64,000 nt of DNA from Bacteroidota bacterium (GTDB lineage Bacteria > Bacteroidota > Bacteroidia > Cytophagales > UBA9547), in NCBI GenBank assembly GCA_004293915.1, contig RDZG01000056.1, forward strand, positions 19,342-83,341, read 5' to 3'. Every line of letters begins with the position of its first letter. Position 1 is the first letter of the stretch. The position numbers and the translations under genes were made by a program. Below, piece after piece: positions 28,573-39,102 of this stretch. The notes under the pieces are model-generated. The model was not told the DNA's origin. It made no database searches and was given only the letters and a program-made list of their open reading frames with translations.

Positions 28573-29317
28573 AATAGAAAAAACACCACATGATTTTTTA
28601 AAACAATTTACCGATGCCAGAATAGGTCTTGGAATCAAAGGCAGCAGTTTGCCCACACAACAATTGTTGGCTTTTAATTTGGCTTGTGCCGAAGCCAAAG
28701 ATGCTGTGAAATCTGAATTAAATCTCGAAGAAATAGCCACACAAATTCAATCTACTGGCAAGGAATGTATATTGCTACAAAGTAGCTGTAGTTCCAAAAC
28801 CGAGTATTTGCAAAGACCAGATTTAGGAAGAAAATTAGAACAAGAATCTAAAACACGGTTTCCTACAGATTTAGCCAAAGATATTGCTATTGTAGTATGC
28901 GATGGCTTGGCAGCAAATGCCATTAGCACCAATGCATTTGACTTCATAAAATTATTTTTAGTAGAAATACAAAAATACCAGTATACGCTAAGTCCTATTT
29001 CTTTGGTGAAATACGGTAGAGTAGCCATAGGAGACGATATTGGAGCTTCTTTAAACAGTAAATTAGTGGTAGTACTTATAGGGGAGAGACCAGGCTTGAG
29101 TGCTACCGATAGCATGGGAATTTATTTGACTTTTCATCCTAAAATAGGTCTTACAGACGATAAGCGAAACTGCATTTCTAATATTCGTCCCAAAGGATTG
29201 CCCATAGCATTTGCCGTTGATAAACTTATTTACCTTATTAATGAAGCTTTTAGATTACAACTTTCGGGTGTAGATTTAAAAGATAATTCCGATAATATTC
29301 CAAAATTGGAAGCGTAA
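28565..29317 (+). CDS. eutC: Ethanolamine ammonia-lyase small subunit
   Basis: 250 aa. It overlaps eutB by 8 nt. IGERPGLSATDSMGIYLTF...KRNCISNIRPKGL is the EutC signature. Confidence 0.85.
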   Translation: MNKIEKTPHDFLKQFTDARIGLGIKGSSLPTQQLLAFNLACAEAKDAVKSELNLEEIATQIQSTGKECILLQSSCSSKTEYLQRPDLGRKLEQESKTRFPTDLAKDIAIVVCDGLAANAISTNAFDFIKLFLVEIQKYQYTLSPISLVKYGRVAIGDDIGASLNSKLVVVLIGERPGLSATDSMGIYLTFHPKIGLTDDKRNCISNIRPKGLPIAFAVDKLIYLINEAFRLQLSGVDLKDNSDNIPKLEA

Positions 29318-29525
29318 CAAATCTGAAAAATAATAATGTACACGAAAAATATTGGTGTAAGCAAAGTTACAGAAACCAACTCACAACTTTAGCTGAATCT
29401 ATTTTTATTGTGATTTCTACAAATAATATCTACCTAAAATTAAGAGAATAATACTTAAAATATAAATATTTGATGGAAATTACTACTTTTATAAATAAGT
29501 ATTTGTCAAAAAAAATAAAAACGAA

Positions 29526-30422
29526 ATGAGTGTACAAATCAAAGTAAAACCTTTTTTACAGGATGGTTCCGAAAAGTTTAAAATAAAAAATTGCGAAACA
29601 AAAGTTAAAGATTTTTATTCAGATGAATCTGAATATGAGCAACTTATAGCTTCTTATAGAACAAAAATTGATGCTTTACAATCTAAAATGTATGCACACA
29701 ACAAATTTGGACTTGTGTTGGTTTTTCAGGCAATGGATGCTGCGGGCAAAGACAGCACGATAAAACATGTGTTGTCGGGTATAAATCCACATGGAGTAAA
29801 AGTTTTTACTTTTAAACGTCCATCAGAAACCGAACTCGACCACGATTATTTGTGGCGAACTAACCAAACTTTGCCCGAAAGAGGCACGATTGCAATTTAT
29901 AATCGTTCGTATTACGAAGAAGTTTTGGTTGTAAAAGTGCATCCAGAAATCATTAAAAACTATCAAAAACTACCAATCGAATATACCGAAGATATGGAAA
30001 AACTTTGGGAAAAACGATACGATGATATTGCCAATATGGAAAAATATTTGACCACAAATGGTATTCATGTGGTTAAGTTTTTCTTGAATGTTTCTAAAAA
30101 AGAGCAAGGTATGCGACTAAAAGAACGCATTTTGGATGAAACCAAAAACTGGAAATTTGAGGAAGGCGATATTAAAGAACGTACTTTTTGGAATCAGTAT
30201 ATGGATGCTTATGAGCAATGTATTAATGCAACGGCTAGTGAAAAATGCCCTTGGTATGTGATTCCTGCTGATGACAAAAAAAATATGCGATTGATTATTA
30301 GCCAAATCATTCAAGAAAAACTCGAAAGTTTGTCTATAGAATATCCAAAACCAGATGCTGAACGACAAACTGAGCTTCAAAAATTTATTGAAATCATCAA
30401 CGAACAAGACAAAGGGCTATAA
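29526..30422 (+). CDS. ppk2: Polyphosphate kinase 2 family protein (single PPK2 domain)
   Basis: 298 aa. It contains the Walker-A-like FQAMDAAGKDSTIKH, RPSETELDHDYLWR and WYVIPADDKK. Confidence 0.85.
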   Translation: MSVQIKVKPFLQDGSEKFKIKNCETKVKDFYSDESEYEQLIASYRTKIDALQSKMYAHNKFGLVLVFQAMDAAGKDSTIKHVLSGINPHGVKVFTFKRPSETELDHDYLWRTNQTLPERGTIAIYNRSYYEEVLVVKVHPEIIKNYQKLPIEYTEDMEKLWEKRYDDIANMEKYLTTNGIHVVKFFLNVSKKEQGMRLKERILDETKNWKFEEGDIKERTFWNQYMDAYEQCINATASEKCPWYVIPADDKKNMRLIISQIIQEKLESLSIEYPKPDAERQTELQKFIEIINEQDKGL

Positions 30423-30432
30423 TACTTTACAC

Positions 30433-30469
30433 AAAAAAACGGATAGCTTTTCTTGCTATCCGTTTTTTT
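30433..30469. terminator. Bidirectional rho-independent terminator between convergent ppk2 and ftsH
   Basis: It has a perfect 9-bp stem (acggatagc at 30439-30447 and gctatccgt at 30455-30463) and a 7-nt loop. An A7 tract lies upstream and a T7 tract downstream. Confidence 0.85.
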
Positions 30470-30486
30470 AACAAATCAATTATGAA

Positions 30487-32655
30487 TTATGCTGGAGTTT
30501 CTTCGGGTTTTTCGTTTTGCTCTTCTGCATTTTCATCGGTTGGCGTTTCGGTTTCCAACTCTGTATCCATAAATTCTTGATAAGTTGTGGCTTTTTCAAA
30601 TGGTCGTTTTCCGATTAGCCCTTCTAAATCGGCTTGGAAAATAATTTCTTTTTTGAGTAATTCTTGAGCCACAATTTCTAATTGTTCATGTTTTGATATC
30701 AACAATTCTTTGGTGTGTTTGTAAGCTTTATCGACCAATTTGCGAACTTCTTCGTCAATAGTTTGAGCCGTATGCTCCGAATACGGTTTATTGAATTGGT
30801 ATTCGGAGCTTTTGGAATCATAAAAAGATATATTTCCAATTTTTTCGTTCATACCATAAATAGTAACCATGCTATAAGCCATTTTTGTAATGCGTTCCAA
30901 ATCGCTCAATGCACCTGTAGAAATACGTTTGAATTGTATATCTTCGGCTACACGACCTCCTAAAGTCATGCACATTTCGTCAAAAAGTTGTTCGGAAGTA
31001 TATAAAAACTGTTCTTTTGGTAAATATTGAGCATAGCCCAAAGCAGCAACTCCACGAGGCACAATACTAACTTTTACTAACGGATCTACATGTTCTAAAA
31101 ACCAGCCTGCCACTGCATGTCCTGCTTCGTGATAAGCAACAATAAGTTTTTCTTCAGGCGAAATAATTTTTGATTTTTTTTCTAATCCACCTATTACTCT
31201 ATCCAAAGCAGCTTGAAAATCGTTCATGTCGATTTGTTCTTTGCTGTTTCTAGCGGCAATCAAAGCAGCTTCGTTGCACACATTCATAATTTCGGCACCT
31301 GCAAAGCCTGGCGTTTGGGTTGCCAATTTTTTGGTGCTTACATCTGGTGCAAGTTTTAAATTTTTTATGTGTACTCTGAAAATTTGTTCTCTTCCTTTTA
31401 CATCTGGTTTATCTATCGAAATTTGTCTATCAAACCTACCCGGACGCATCAATGCAGCATCCAACACATCTGGTCTATTTGTTGCTGCCAAAATAATAAC
31501 TCCCAAATCGGTTCCAAATCCGTCCATTTCTACCAAAAGCGAGTTTAATGTATTTTCTCTTTCATCGTTTGCACCTATTGCTCCACCTTTACCTCTGTGG
31601 CGACCAACGGCATCTATCTCATCAATAAAAACAATACAAGGTGCTTTTTCTTTGGCTTGTTTAAACAAATCACGAACACGAGCAGCACCAACACCCACAA
31701 ACATTTCGACAAAATCTGAACCTGAAAGTGAGAAAAATGGTACACCTGCTTCGCCAGCTACTGCTTTGGCTAATAAGGTTTTACCTGTACCTGGAGGACC
31801 AACCAAAAGAGCACCTTTAGGTATTTTTCCACCTAAATTGGTAAACTTATCAGGACTTTTTAAGAACTCTACTATTTCTTTTACTTCTTCTTTGGCTTCG
31901 TCTAATCCTGCCACATCTTTAAAAGTAATTTTTACCATATTATCTTGGTCAAATAGTGCTGCACGAGATTTTCCAATATTAAATAATTGTCCGCCAGCAC
32001 CCATTCCCATACCGCCACCGCTGCTCATTCTGCGCATCATGTACCAAAAACCTACACCCAAAAGAATAAAAAAGCCCCATCCAACCAAGAAATTCATAAA
32101 CGTTTCTCTTTTTCCTATTTCCAAACCAATTTGTTTGCTAGCAGGAATGGTTTTGTTGAGTTTGTCAAAATCTTGTTTAAAAATTTCGGGTTTTATGATT
32201 TGAAAATAATAATGCGGACCAGTTGTCATCGGAAATGGACCACGAGAATTTATCTCATCTCTATATTTTTTATTTTTGATTGCTTCTGGTTTTAGCGTTA
32301 CTTCTACAATACTTTCGCTGCCTTCATCAATAGTCGAAACTTTTTCTATATCATAGCTCAAAAGCATTTCTTCAAAACGTTTTTGATCAATTTTGATAGT
32401 GGAAGCCGTGCGAGTATAATAAACCAAAATCGTAAAAAACAACATCAAACCCAAAATTAAATAGGTTTGCATGTTAGAATTTTCGGGTTTTTTAAAAGGT
32501 TTTTTGGCATTATTTTGTCCCTCTGCTTTTTTTGCATCAGGCTTTTTTGCATCTGTAGATGCTTTTTTAGCCTTCACTTTAGGTTTAGGCGTTTTCACTT
32601 CTGCAACTTGATTTGCATCCATATTTTCAGTATTTTTCAATTTGTTTTCAGCCAT
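30487..32655 (-). CDS. ftsH: ATP-dependent zinc metalloprotease FtsH
   Basis: 722 aa. It has Walker A GPPGTGKT, the SRH region and the zinc motif HEAGHA. It also has a Lys-rich N-terminal extension and an acidic C-terminal tail. Confidence 0.95.
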   Translation of the reverse strand: MAENKLKNTENMDANQVAEVKTPKPKVKAKKASTDAKKPDAKKAEGQNNAKKPFKKPENSNMQTYLILGLMLFFTILVYYTRTASTIKIDQKRFEEMLLSYDIEKVSTIDEGSESIVEVTLKPEAIKNKKYRDEINSRGPFPMTTGPHYYFQIIKPEIFKQDFDKLNKTIPASKQIGLEIGKRETFMNFLVGWGFFILLGVGFWYMMRRMSSGGGMGMGAGGQLFNIGKSRAALFDQDNMVKITFKDVAGLDEAKEEVKEIVEFLKSPDKFTNLGGKIPKGALLVGPPGTGKTLLAKAVAGEAGVPFFSLSGSDFVEMFVGVGAARVRDLFKQAKEKAPCIVFIDEIDAVGRHRGKGGAIGANDERENTLNSLLVEMDGFGTDLGVIILAATNRPDVLDAALMRPGRFDRQISIDKPDVKGREQIFRVHIKNLKLAPDVSTKKLATQTPGFAGAEIMNVCNEAALIAARNSKEQIDMNDFQAALDRVIGGLEKKSKIISPEEKLIVAYHEAGHAVAGWFLEHVDPLVKVSIVPRGVAALGYAQYLPKEQFLYTSEQLFDEMCMTLGGRVAEDIQFKRISTGALSDLERITKMAYSMVTIYGMNEKIGNISFYDSKSSEYQFNKPYSEHTAQTIDEEVRKLVDKAYKHTKELLISKHEQLEIVAQELLKKEIIFQADLEGLIGKRPFEKATTYQEFMDTELETETPTDENAEEQNEKPEETPA

Positions 32656-32682
32656 GAATTTTCTTATCGTATAAAAATAAGT

Positions 32683-33054
32683 TTATGATTTGATTTGTTT
32701 AACAACTGCATCACCCCACAATTGTTCGAGTCCATAAAAAGAACGAATGTCTTGCGTAAACACATGTGCCACCACATCTACATAATCTATCAAAATCCAT
32801 TCCTTATTTTCTCGACCTTCGGTGTGCCAAGGCCATTGTTTGATACCTTTAAAAACCTCTTCTTCAACCGAAACCGAAACCGCATCGGCATGATTTCCTG
32901 ATGTGCCAGTGGCAACTATAAAATAGTCTGCAACTGCGTTTTTAATGTTTTTTAGGTCGATTACTACTATATTTTCAGCTTTTTTCTCTTCCATTCCCTT
33001 CACTATGAGTTCGCACAGAACATCAGAGTCGGTTAGCCCTTTCTTTTTTGCCAT
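32683..33054 (-). CDS. rsfS: Ribosome silencing factor RsfS
   Basis: The probable start is MAKKKGL (ATG at 33054, internal to the 136-aa track ORF). The motifs IVVIDLKNI...ADYFIVATGTS..H and WILIDY.DVVAHVF are typical of RsfS. Confidence 0.85.
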   Translation of the reverse strand: MAKKKGLTDSDVLCELIVKGMEEKKAENIVVIDLKNIKNAVADYFIVATGTSGNHADAVSVSVEEEVFKGIKQWPWHTEGRENKEWILIDYVDVVAHVFTQDIRSFYGLEQLWGDAVVKQIKS

Positions 33055-33071
33055 TATAAAATTTACTAATT

Positions 33072-33851
33072 TTGCAAGCCACAAAAATAGCAAATATATT
33101 GTTTAATCCGTTAATTAATACAGAATTTATAGGCAAGAATTTGGTTTATCTGCCACAATGTCATTCAACGAACGATTTTGCAGTCGAAAAATGTAAAAAT
33201 CAAATCACAGAAAACGGCACAATTTTTATAACCTCAGACCAAATTGCAGGCAAAGGACAGCGTGGAAACAAGTGGCTTTCGGAGAAAAACCAAAACTTTA
33301 CATTTAGTATCGTTATAGAAACCGAATCCAATTCAATGGAAGAAGTTTTTAAATACAATATGCTTTTGAGCTGTGCTTTGATAGATTTTTTTAACGAATA
33401 TGATACAGATTTTAAAATAAAATGGCCCAATGATATTTATTTTAAAACAAAAAAAATGGGTGGAATCTTAATAGAATCCATCACAAATTATGAATTAAAA
33501 AAAAATATAATCATTGGTATTGGATTGAATATCAACCAAATAAACTTTAATTATTTAAACGCAACTTCGCTCCGAAATATTATTAATAAAGAATTAGATT
33601 TAGCTAAAATGCTGGAAGTGATTTGTCAAAAAATCGAATCCTATTTCAAATTAAACACACTAGATTCTATTTCTATAATAGAAAATTTATACCTCAAAAA
33701 TTTGTATCAATATGATGTTTTAGCAAAATACAAAACCGAAACCGAAATGTTTGAAGGAAAAATAAAAACAGTTTTAACAGATGGCAGAATTGGGATTGAA
33801 AAAAATGGGAAACTCCATTTTTTTGAGCGAAAACAGATTGTATTTTTGTAA
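33072..33851 (+). CDS. birA: Biotin--[acetyl-CoA-carboxylase] ligase
   Basis: It contains GKGQRGNKWLSEKNQNFTFS and KWPNDIYFKTKKMGGILIE. The start is uncertain (TTG at 33072 or 33099, with no early ATG). It is divergent from rsfS. Confidence 0.8.
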   Translation: MQATKIANILFNPLINTEFIGKNLVYLPQCHSTNDFAVEKCKNQITENGTIFITSDQIAGKGQRGNKWLSEKNQNFTFSIVIETESNSMEEVFKYNMLLSCALIDFFNEYDTDFKIKWPNDIYFKTKKMGGILIESITNYELKKNIIIGIGLNINQINFNYLNATSLRNIINKELDLAKMLEVICQKIESYFKLNTLDSISIIENLYLKNLYQYDVLAKYKTETEMFEGKIKTVLTDGRIGIEKNGKLHFFERKQIVFL

Positions 33852-33913
33852 ACTTAGTTAGCAAATTTGTTTCTAAAAAAGTCATTTGCAAATATTTAGC
33901 AGTTTAGCTACAT

Positions 33914-34633
33914 TTGAAAATATTTTTAGCCAATTGCTACACCGTTTTAAACAAAAAAATGAGATTATTACGTTTTTTATTGTACAAAATATCAACAATG
34001 CTTTTTTCGCAAGCATTGTATCTCACCAAATCACTTACTTATAAGAAAGATGCTTTAAAAAAACTTCCACTTTCAGCAGATTATATTAGAGATTCAACGC
34101 TAGAACTTTGTGCCGAACAGATTTTATCAAAAAAAATCGTTGGAAATGTAGCCGAACTAGGCGTATATAAAGGAGATTTTGCTAAAAAAATCAATCTAAT
34201 TTTTATGGATAAAAAACTATATTTATTTGATACGTTCGAAGGCTTTGCAACAAAAGATATAAATATAGAAAAAGAAAAAATGTTTTCTGATGGTTCTCAA
34301 AATTTTTCTGATACAAGTATCGAATTAGTAAAAAACAAAATGAAATACCCCGAAAATTGTATCTTCAAAAAGGGTTATTTTCCAGAAACAGCATCAGATA
34401 TTTTTGATAAATACTGCTTTGTAAGTATAGATACTGATTTGTATGAGCCTATCTATCAAGGACTTGAGTTTTTTTATCCTAAATTAGAATGTGGTGGTTA
34501 TATTTTTATACATGATTTTAATAATAGCAGTTATAGTGGAGCAAAACAAGCTGTGATTGACTTTTGTACGAAATACAATATTGGTTATGTGCCAATTTCT
34601 GATGTTGGTGGCACCGCTATTATTACAAAATAA
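33914..34633 (+). CDS. TylF/MycF-family class I SAM-dependent methyltransferase
   Basis: It contains AELGVYKGDFAKKI, LYLFDTFEGF and VSIDTDLYEPIYQGLEFFYPKLECGGYIFIHDF. The likely true start is the ATG at 33959 (MRLLRF). Confidence 0.7.
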   Translation: MKIFLANCYTVLNKKMRLLRFLLYKISTMLFSQALYLTKSLTYKKDALKKLPLSADYIRDSTLELCAEQILSKKIVGNVAELGVYKGDFAKKINLIFMDKKLYLFDTFEGFATKDINIEKEKMFSDGSQNFSDTSIELVKNKMKYPENCIFKKGYFPETASDIFDKYCFVSIDTDLYEPIYQGLEFFYPKLECGGYIFIHDFNNSSYSGAKQAVIDFCTKYNIGYVPISDVGGTAIITK

Positions 34634-34716
34634 TTGAGGTTATTTGTTAGATAAAAAATCAAAAAGTGTGTATATAATTCGACCTGCAAGAAAACTTACA
34701 GGTCGAATAAAAAAAA

Positions 34717-35310
34717 CTATATTTTATCAACAATTTTATCGGCAATACCATAAGCAACCGCTTCTTTGGCATCCATCCAATAATCGCGATCAAAATCTTT
34801 CATCACTTGTTCAAACGTTTTGCCACAATTATCAGCCAAAATTTTTGCTCCTTGTTCTTTTGTTTTTCTGATTTGAGCAGCATGCGTTTCGATTTCTACA
34901 GACCTGCCTTGATACATTCCGCCAATGCTTGGTTGGTGTATCATTACTTCGCCACTCGGAAATATAAAACGTTTGCCTTTTGTGCCTCCTGATAGCAAAA
35001 TCGAACCCATCGAAGCTGCCAAGCCCATGCAAACGGTGCTTACTGGCGAACTTATTAATTTCATGGTATCATATATTGCCATACCAGATGTTACCATTCC
35101 GCCAGGGCTATTGATATAAAACGTGATTTCAGTATTTGGTTTTTCCATATCCAAAAACAAAAGTTTTGCAATCACATCTTTTGCCGAATCGTCATCAACC
35201 TGTCCCCAAAGAAATATCTTGCGTTGTTCCAAGAATTTTTTACCAATTTGAGGCATTCCATTTTCTTCTTTTTTGTCTTTTTCCTTATCTTGTTCTTCTC
35301 CGAATATCAT
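34717..35310 (-). CDS. clpP: ClpP-family serine protease, second (divergent) paralogue
   Basis: 197 aa. The catalytic Ser (GLAASMGS), His (MIHQPS) and Asp (DRDYWMDA) are all present. It has an unusual acidic/Lys-rich N-terminus (MIFGEEQDKEKDKKEENG). Confidence 0.8.
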   Translation of the reverse strand: MIFGEEQDKEKDKKEENGMPQIGKKFLEQRKIFLWGQVDDDSAKDVIAKLLFLDMEKPNTEITFYINSPGGMVTSGMAIYDTMKLISSPVSTVCMGLAASMGSILLSGGTKGKRFIFPSGEVMIHQPSIGGMYQGRSVEIETHAAQIRKTKEQGAKILADNCGKTFEQVMKDFDRDYWMDAKEAVAYGIADKIVDKI

Positions 35311-35369
35311 AGTATTAACTAATTAAGAAATTAATTTTTTAATGTTTTTTAGCAACTCTTTGCACAATA

Positions 35370-36038
35370 TTATCTTCTCAAAACCTCATCGACCAAACCA
35401 TAAGCCACAGCTTCGTCAGATTTCATCCAATAATCACGGTCCGAATCTTTTCCAATTTGTTCGATGCTCTGCCCCGTATGGTTTGCCAAAATGGCGTAAA
35501 GTTCTTCTCTAAGCAACACAATTTGTTTGGCTGTGATTTCGATGTCAGACGATTGTCCGCCTATTCCACCCGAAGGTTGGTGTATCATTACCCTCGAATG
35601 TGGCAAAGCTGCACGTTTACCTTTTTTGCCACCTGCCAATAATACTGCTCCCATCGAAGCAGCTATGCCTGTGCATATCGTTGCAATATCAGGGCTAACA
35701 AACTGCATGGTGTCGTAAATTCCTAAACCAGCATAAACAGAACCCCCCGGACTGTTTACATAAATAGTAATATCACGCTTTGCATCTGTCGATTGTAAAA
35801 ACAAAAGCTGTGCTTGCACAATATTAGCCACATAATCATCTATTCCTGTACCCAAAAATATGATTCTGTCCATCATCAAACGCGAAAAAACATCCATTGC
35901 AACGGCATTCATTCTGCGTTCTTCAATGATATTTGGTGTAAGATTTGTGATGTTGGTTTCAATTACTTGATCCACAACCATACTACTGATGTTGTGATGC
36001 TTGGTGGCGTAATTTCTAAATTCTTTTCCGTAATCCAT
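35370..36038 (-). CDS. clpP: ATP-dependent Clp protease proteolytic subunit
   Basis: 222 aa. It contains RIIFLGTGIDDYVANIVQAQLLFL, GIAASMGA, MIHQPSGG and DRDYWM. Confidence 0.9.
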   Translation of the reverse strand: MDYGKEFRNYATKHHNISSMVVDQVIETNITNLTPNIIEERRMNAVAMDVFSRLMMDRIIFLGTGIDDYVANIVQAQLLFLQSTDAKRDITIYVNSPGGSVYAGLGIYDTMQFVSPDIATICTGIAASMGAVLLAGGKKGKRAALPHSRVMIHQPSGGIGGQSSDIEITAKQIVLLREELYAILANHTGQSIEQIGKDSDRDYWMKSDEAVAYGLVDEVLRR

Positions 36039-36316
36039 AAATAAGGAATTTTTTTAAACAGTTAATGCAATTGCCTTGCCAAAAAAATGGACTGACATAT
36101 TTGCTTTAGATTTTGTGCAAATATTTATGCGTTGTAAAGATATTTATTTGATGTAAAAGGCAAAATTTAATTTTAAAATAAGACAAAAAATTATTTTTAG
36201 GCAGTAAACATTATATTAAATTAATGAAAAATATTATAGATTCTTTTTTAATTTTTTTGTGAAACAAAAATTACCTTATATATTGCCTTGCATTAAAACA
36301 TTTATATTAATATTTT

Positions 36317-36892
36317 ATGAAAAAACCACCAATAATAAAAGGAATAGAAAACGTTATCGAAGAGTTTATTTTTGCGGCACGTTGGTTGCAAGCACCTGTT
36401 TATTTGGGCTTAATTGTAGCTACTGGCGTTTATGTATATAAATTTATGCAAGAACTTATCCATTTGGTTGGAGATGTGAGCACTATGAATGAAATCACAG
36501 TTATGCTTACTGTTTTGGGCTTAATTGATATTTCGATGGTTATGAATTTATTAATAATTGTTACGATTGGAGGATATACTATTTTTACTTCTCGTATCGA
36601 TTTTGGCGACCAAGAAGACCGTCCACAATGGCTCGACCACATGGATTCTGGTATTTTGAAAATCAAATTGGCTTCTTCTTTGGCATCTATTTCGGGTGTG
36701 CATTTGCTAAAAACATTTATTGATATTCACGAAGAAACAGCTGGTGATAGCAATTTTGATAGTGTGATTATCGAAATTGTGATTCATATTGTATTTATAG
36801 TTTCAGCATTGTTGTTGGCTTGGGTGGAGAGAATTTTGCATGGTTCGCATCATTCGGCTCATGGTGCTGGTCAAATAGACATAAAACATTAA
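36317..36892 (+). CDS. UPF0114/YqhA-family membrane protein (TIGR00645-like)
   Basis: 191 aa. AARWLQAPVYLGLIVA is the characteristic opening, followed by 3-4 TM segments. Confidence 0.7.
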   Translation: MKKPPIIKGIENVIEEFIFAARWLQAPVYLGLIVATGVYVYKFMQELIHLVGDVSTMNEITVMLTVLGLIDISMVMNLLIIVTIGGYTIFTSRIDFGDQEDRPQWLDHMDSGILKIKLASSLASISGVHLLKTFIDIHEETAGDSNFDSVIIEIVIHIVFIVSALLLAWVERILHGSHHSAHGAGQIDIKH

Positions 36893-36915
36893 TTTTTATA
36901 ACTTCACTAAAAAAA

Positions 36916-36948
36916 AGAGCTTTGGAGACTTTCCAAAGCTCTTTTTTT
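36916..36948 (+). terminator. Rho-independent terminator after the yqhA-like gene
   Basis: It has an 11-bp stem (agagctttgga at 36916-36926 and tccaaagctct at 36932-36942) and a 5-nt loop, followed by T6. Confidence 0.8.
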
Positions 36949-37106
36949 GTGTCATTAAATTTGCGATGACGATTGGAGATATATAAGAAGTAAACGCTGT
37001 AATGAAAATCATTTTAGATACCTATTCGTATGGTTTTTTAGACTATAGCGTTTTTTCAAATCTGAAAGGGTTTGATAACAAGTTTTTTTGGTTTTTCCTG
37101 ACTTCC

Positions 37107-37134
37107 GCCTTTTGGTGTTCTTCACCAACAAAAC
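37107..37134. repeat. Hairpin-containing motif 'B', copy 2 (isolated, just downstream of the parE stop)
   Basis: gccttttggtgttcttcaccaacaaaac. See 22001-22028. Confidence 0.7.
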
Positions 37135-37156
37135 TTTTAAATCTATTTAATCTATT

Positions 37157-39037
37157 TTAAGCAGCTTCTATAGCTTCATCTTTTTCGACTCTCAAATTAT
37201 CAATAATAAAGTTTTGTCTATCAGGTGTATTTTTGCCCATATAATAACTCAATAGTTTTGGAATCGAGCTGTCTTTTTGCAAAATCACGGGGTCGATACG
37301 AATGTTTTCGCCAATGAAATCGGCAAACTCATCAGGAGATATTTCTCCCAAGCCTTTAAATCGTGTGATTTCTGGTTTTACACCCAATTTGGCAATAGCA
37401 TCAATGCGTTCTTGGTCGCTATAACAATATATGGTTTCTTTTTTGTTTCGTACTCTAAATAACGGAGTATCAAGCACATACACATGTCCATTGCGGACTA
37501 AATCTGGAAAAAACTGTAAAAAGAATGTCATAATTAGCAAACGAATGTGCATTCCATCTACATCGGCATCGGTAGCGATTACCACTTTGTTATATCGCAA
37601 GGCATCTAAACCATCTTCGATATTTAAGGCATGTTGAAGCAAGCTAAATTCTTCGTTTTCGTAAACTATTTTTTTTGTAAGTCCAAAGCAGTTTAGAGGT
37701 TTGCCTCGCAAACTAAAAACAGCTTGGGTTTGTACATCACGTGCTTTTGTGATCGAGCCACTGGCAGAATCTCCTTCGGTTATAAATAAGGTGCTTCCAT
37801 ATCGGTTTTCGGCTTTTTCATTGGTTAAATGTATGCGGCAATCACGCAGTTTTTTGTTGTGTACAGCTGCTTTTTTAGCTCTGTCATTAGCAAGTTTTTT
37901 TATACCTGCAATATCTTTTCGCTCACGTTCGGATTGAATAATTTTTTTCAAAATTGCATCAGCCGTTTGTGGATTTTTGTGCAAATAATCATTTAAGGCT
38001 TTGCCAATAAAATCATTTACAAACGTACGTACCGAAATGCCATCGATAGCAATATTTTGGGAACCTAATTTGGTTTTGGTTTGGCTCTCAAACACAGGCT
38101 CTTGTACTCGCACACTAATTGCACCTACGATAGAAGTTCGCACATCGGCAGCATCGAAATCTTTTTTATAAAAATCTCGAATTGTTTTTACTAACGATTC
38201 TCTAAAAGCAGCCAAATGTGTGCCACCTTGTGTGGTAAATTGCCCATTTACATACGAATAATACTCTTCGCCATAAGCATCGTTGTGTGTTAAAGATAGT
38301 TCAATATCTGCACCTTTAAGATGAATAATTGGGTATCGGAGCGATTCTTCGTCTGTTTTTGATTTTAATAAATCTAAAAGTCCATTCTCCGAATGATATT
38401 TTTTGTTATTAAACGAAATGGTAAGACCCGAATTCAAATAGGCATAATTCCACATTTGATTTTCCAAAAATTCGGGAATAAAACGATAGTGTTTAAAAAT
38501 ACTATCATCAGGCTGAAACTGAATAAAAGTTCCGTTTTTGCTATTTGTGTCTTGCTCTGGATGGTCTTTTGTAAGTTCGCCTTTGCAAAATTCTGCAATT
38601 TTTGTTCTGCCTTCTCTAAAAGATTGAACTTTAAAATAATTTGAAAGTGCATTACAAGCCTTTGTTCCCACACCATTCAAACCAACAGATTTTTGAAATG
38701 CACCGCTATCGTATTTTCCTCCTGTATTGATTTTCGACACACAATCGATTACTTTGCCTAGCGGAATTCCACGACCATAATCACGCACTTCTACATTATG
38801 TTCTGTAATTTTGATGTCAATCGTTTTTCCATTGCCCATCGTGTGTTCGTCAATAGAATTATCGACAATTTCTTTTACTAATATATAAATACCGTCATCA
38901 GAAGCCGAGCCATCGCCAAGTTTGCCGATATACATGCCAGGTCGCAATCGAATATGTTGTTTCCAATCGAGCGATTTTATACTATCTTCGTTATAATCTG
39001 GTTTAATTTCTTCAGCCATAATATTTGCAAATGTCAA
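37157..39037 (-). CDS. parE: DNA topoisomerase IV subunit B (type IIA topoisomerase ATPase subunit)
   Basis: It has a GHKL ATPase N-terminus ([16 protein letters not shown]...[11 protein letters not shown]), the Toprim motif EGDSA, and a length of about 620 aa. These features are typical of Bacteroidota ParE rather than GyrB. The likely start is MAEEIK (ATG at 39019). Confidence 0.8.
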   Translation of the reverse strand: MTFANIMAEEIKPDYNEDSIKSLDWKQHIRLRPGMYIGKLGDGSASDDGIYILVKEIVDNSIDEHTMGNGKTIDIKITEHNVEVRDYGRGIPLGKVIDCVSKINTGGKYDSGAFQKSVGLNGVGTKACNALSNYFKVQSFREGRTKIAEFCKGELTKDHPEQDTNSKNGTFIQFQPDDSIFKHYRFIPEFLENQMWNYAYLNSGLTISFNNKKYHSENGLLDLLKSKTDEESLRYPIIHLKGADIELSLTHNDAYGEEYYSYVNGQFTTQGGTHLAAFRESLVKTIRDFYKKDFDAADVRTSIVGAISVRVQEPVFESQTKTKLGSQNIAIDGISVRTFVNDFIGKALNDYLHKNPQTADAILKKIIQSERERKDIAGIKKLANDRAKKAAVHNKKLRDCRIHLTNEKAENRYGSTLFITEGDSASGSITKARDVQTQAVFSLRGKPLNCFGLTKKIVYENEEFSLLQHALNIEDGLDALRYNKVVIATDADVDGMHIRLLIMTFFLQFFPDLVRNGHVYVLDTPLFRVRNKKETIYCYSDQERIDAIAKLGVKPEITRFKGLGEISPDEFADFIGENIRIDPVILQKDSSIPKLLSYYMGKNTPDRQNFIIDNLRVEKDEAIEAA

Positions 39038-39102
39038 TATGCAAATGAAAACAAGTTTTACGAGAAGTTATCCACCAAAAATAATTTGTAAAAAATAGAA
39101 AA

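Noticed and set aside
31226-32203. 325-aa plus-strand ORF (and the neighbouring ORFs at 30715-30963, 31987-32295 and 32467-32688)
   Set aside because: They are antisense to ftsH, whose identity is unambiguous. The products are low-complexity with no motifs.
32476-32655. Lys-rich ~60-aa N-terminal extension of FtsH as a possible separate domain or fusion
   Set aside because: It is a low-complexity basic segment ([20 protein letters not shown]) contiguous with the normal FtsH frame. It is most simply a lineage-specific linker.
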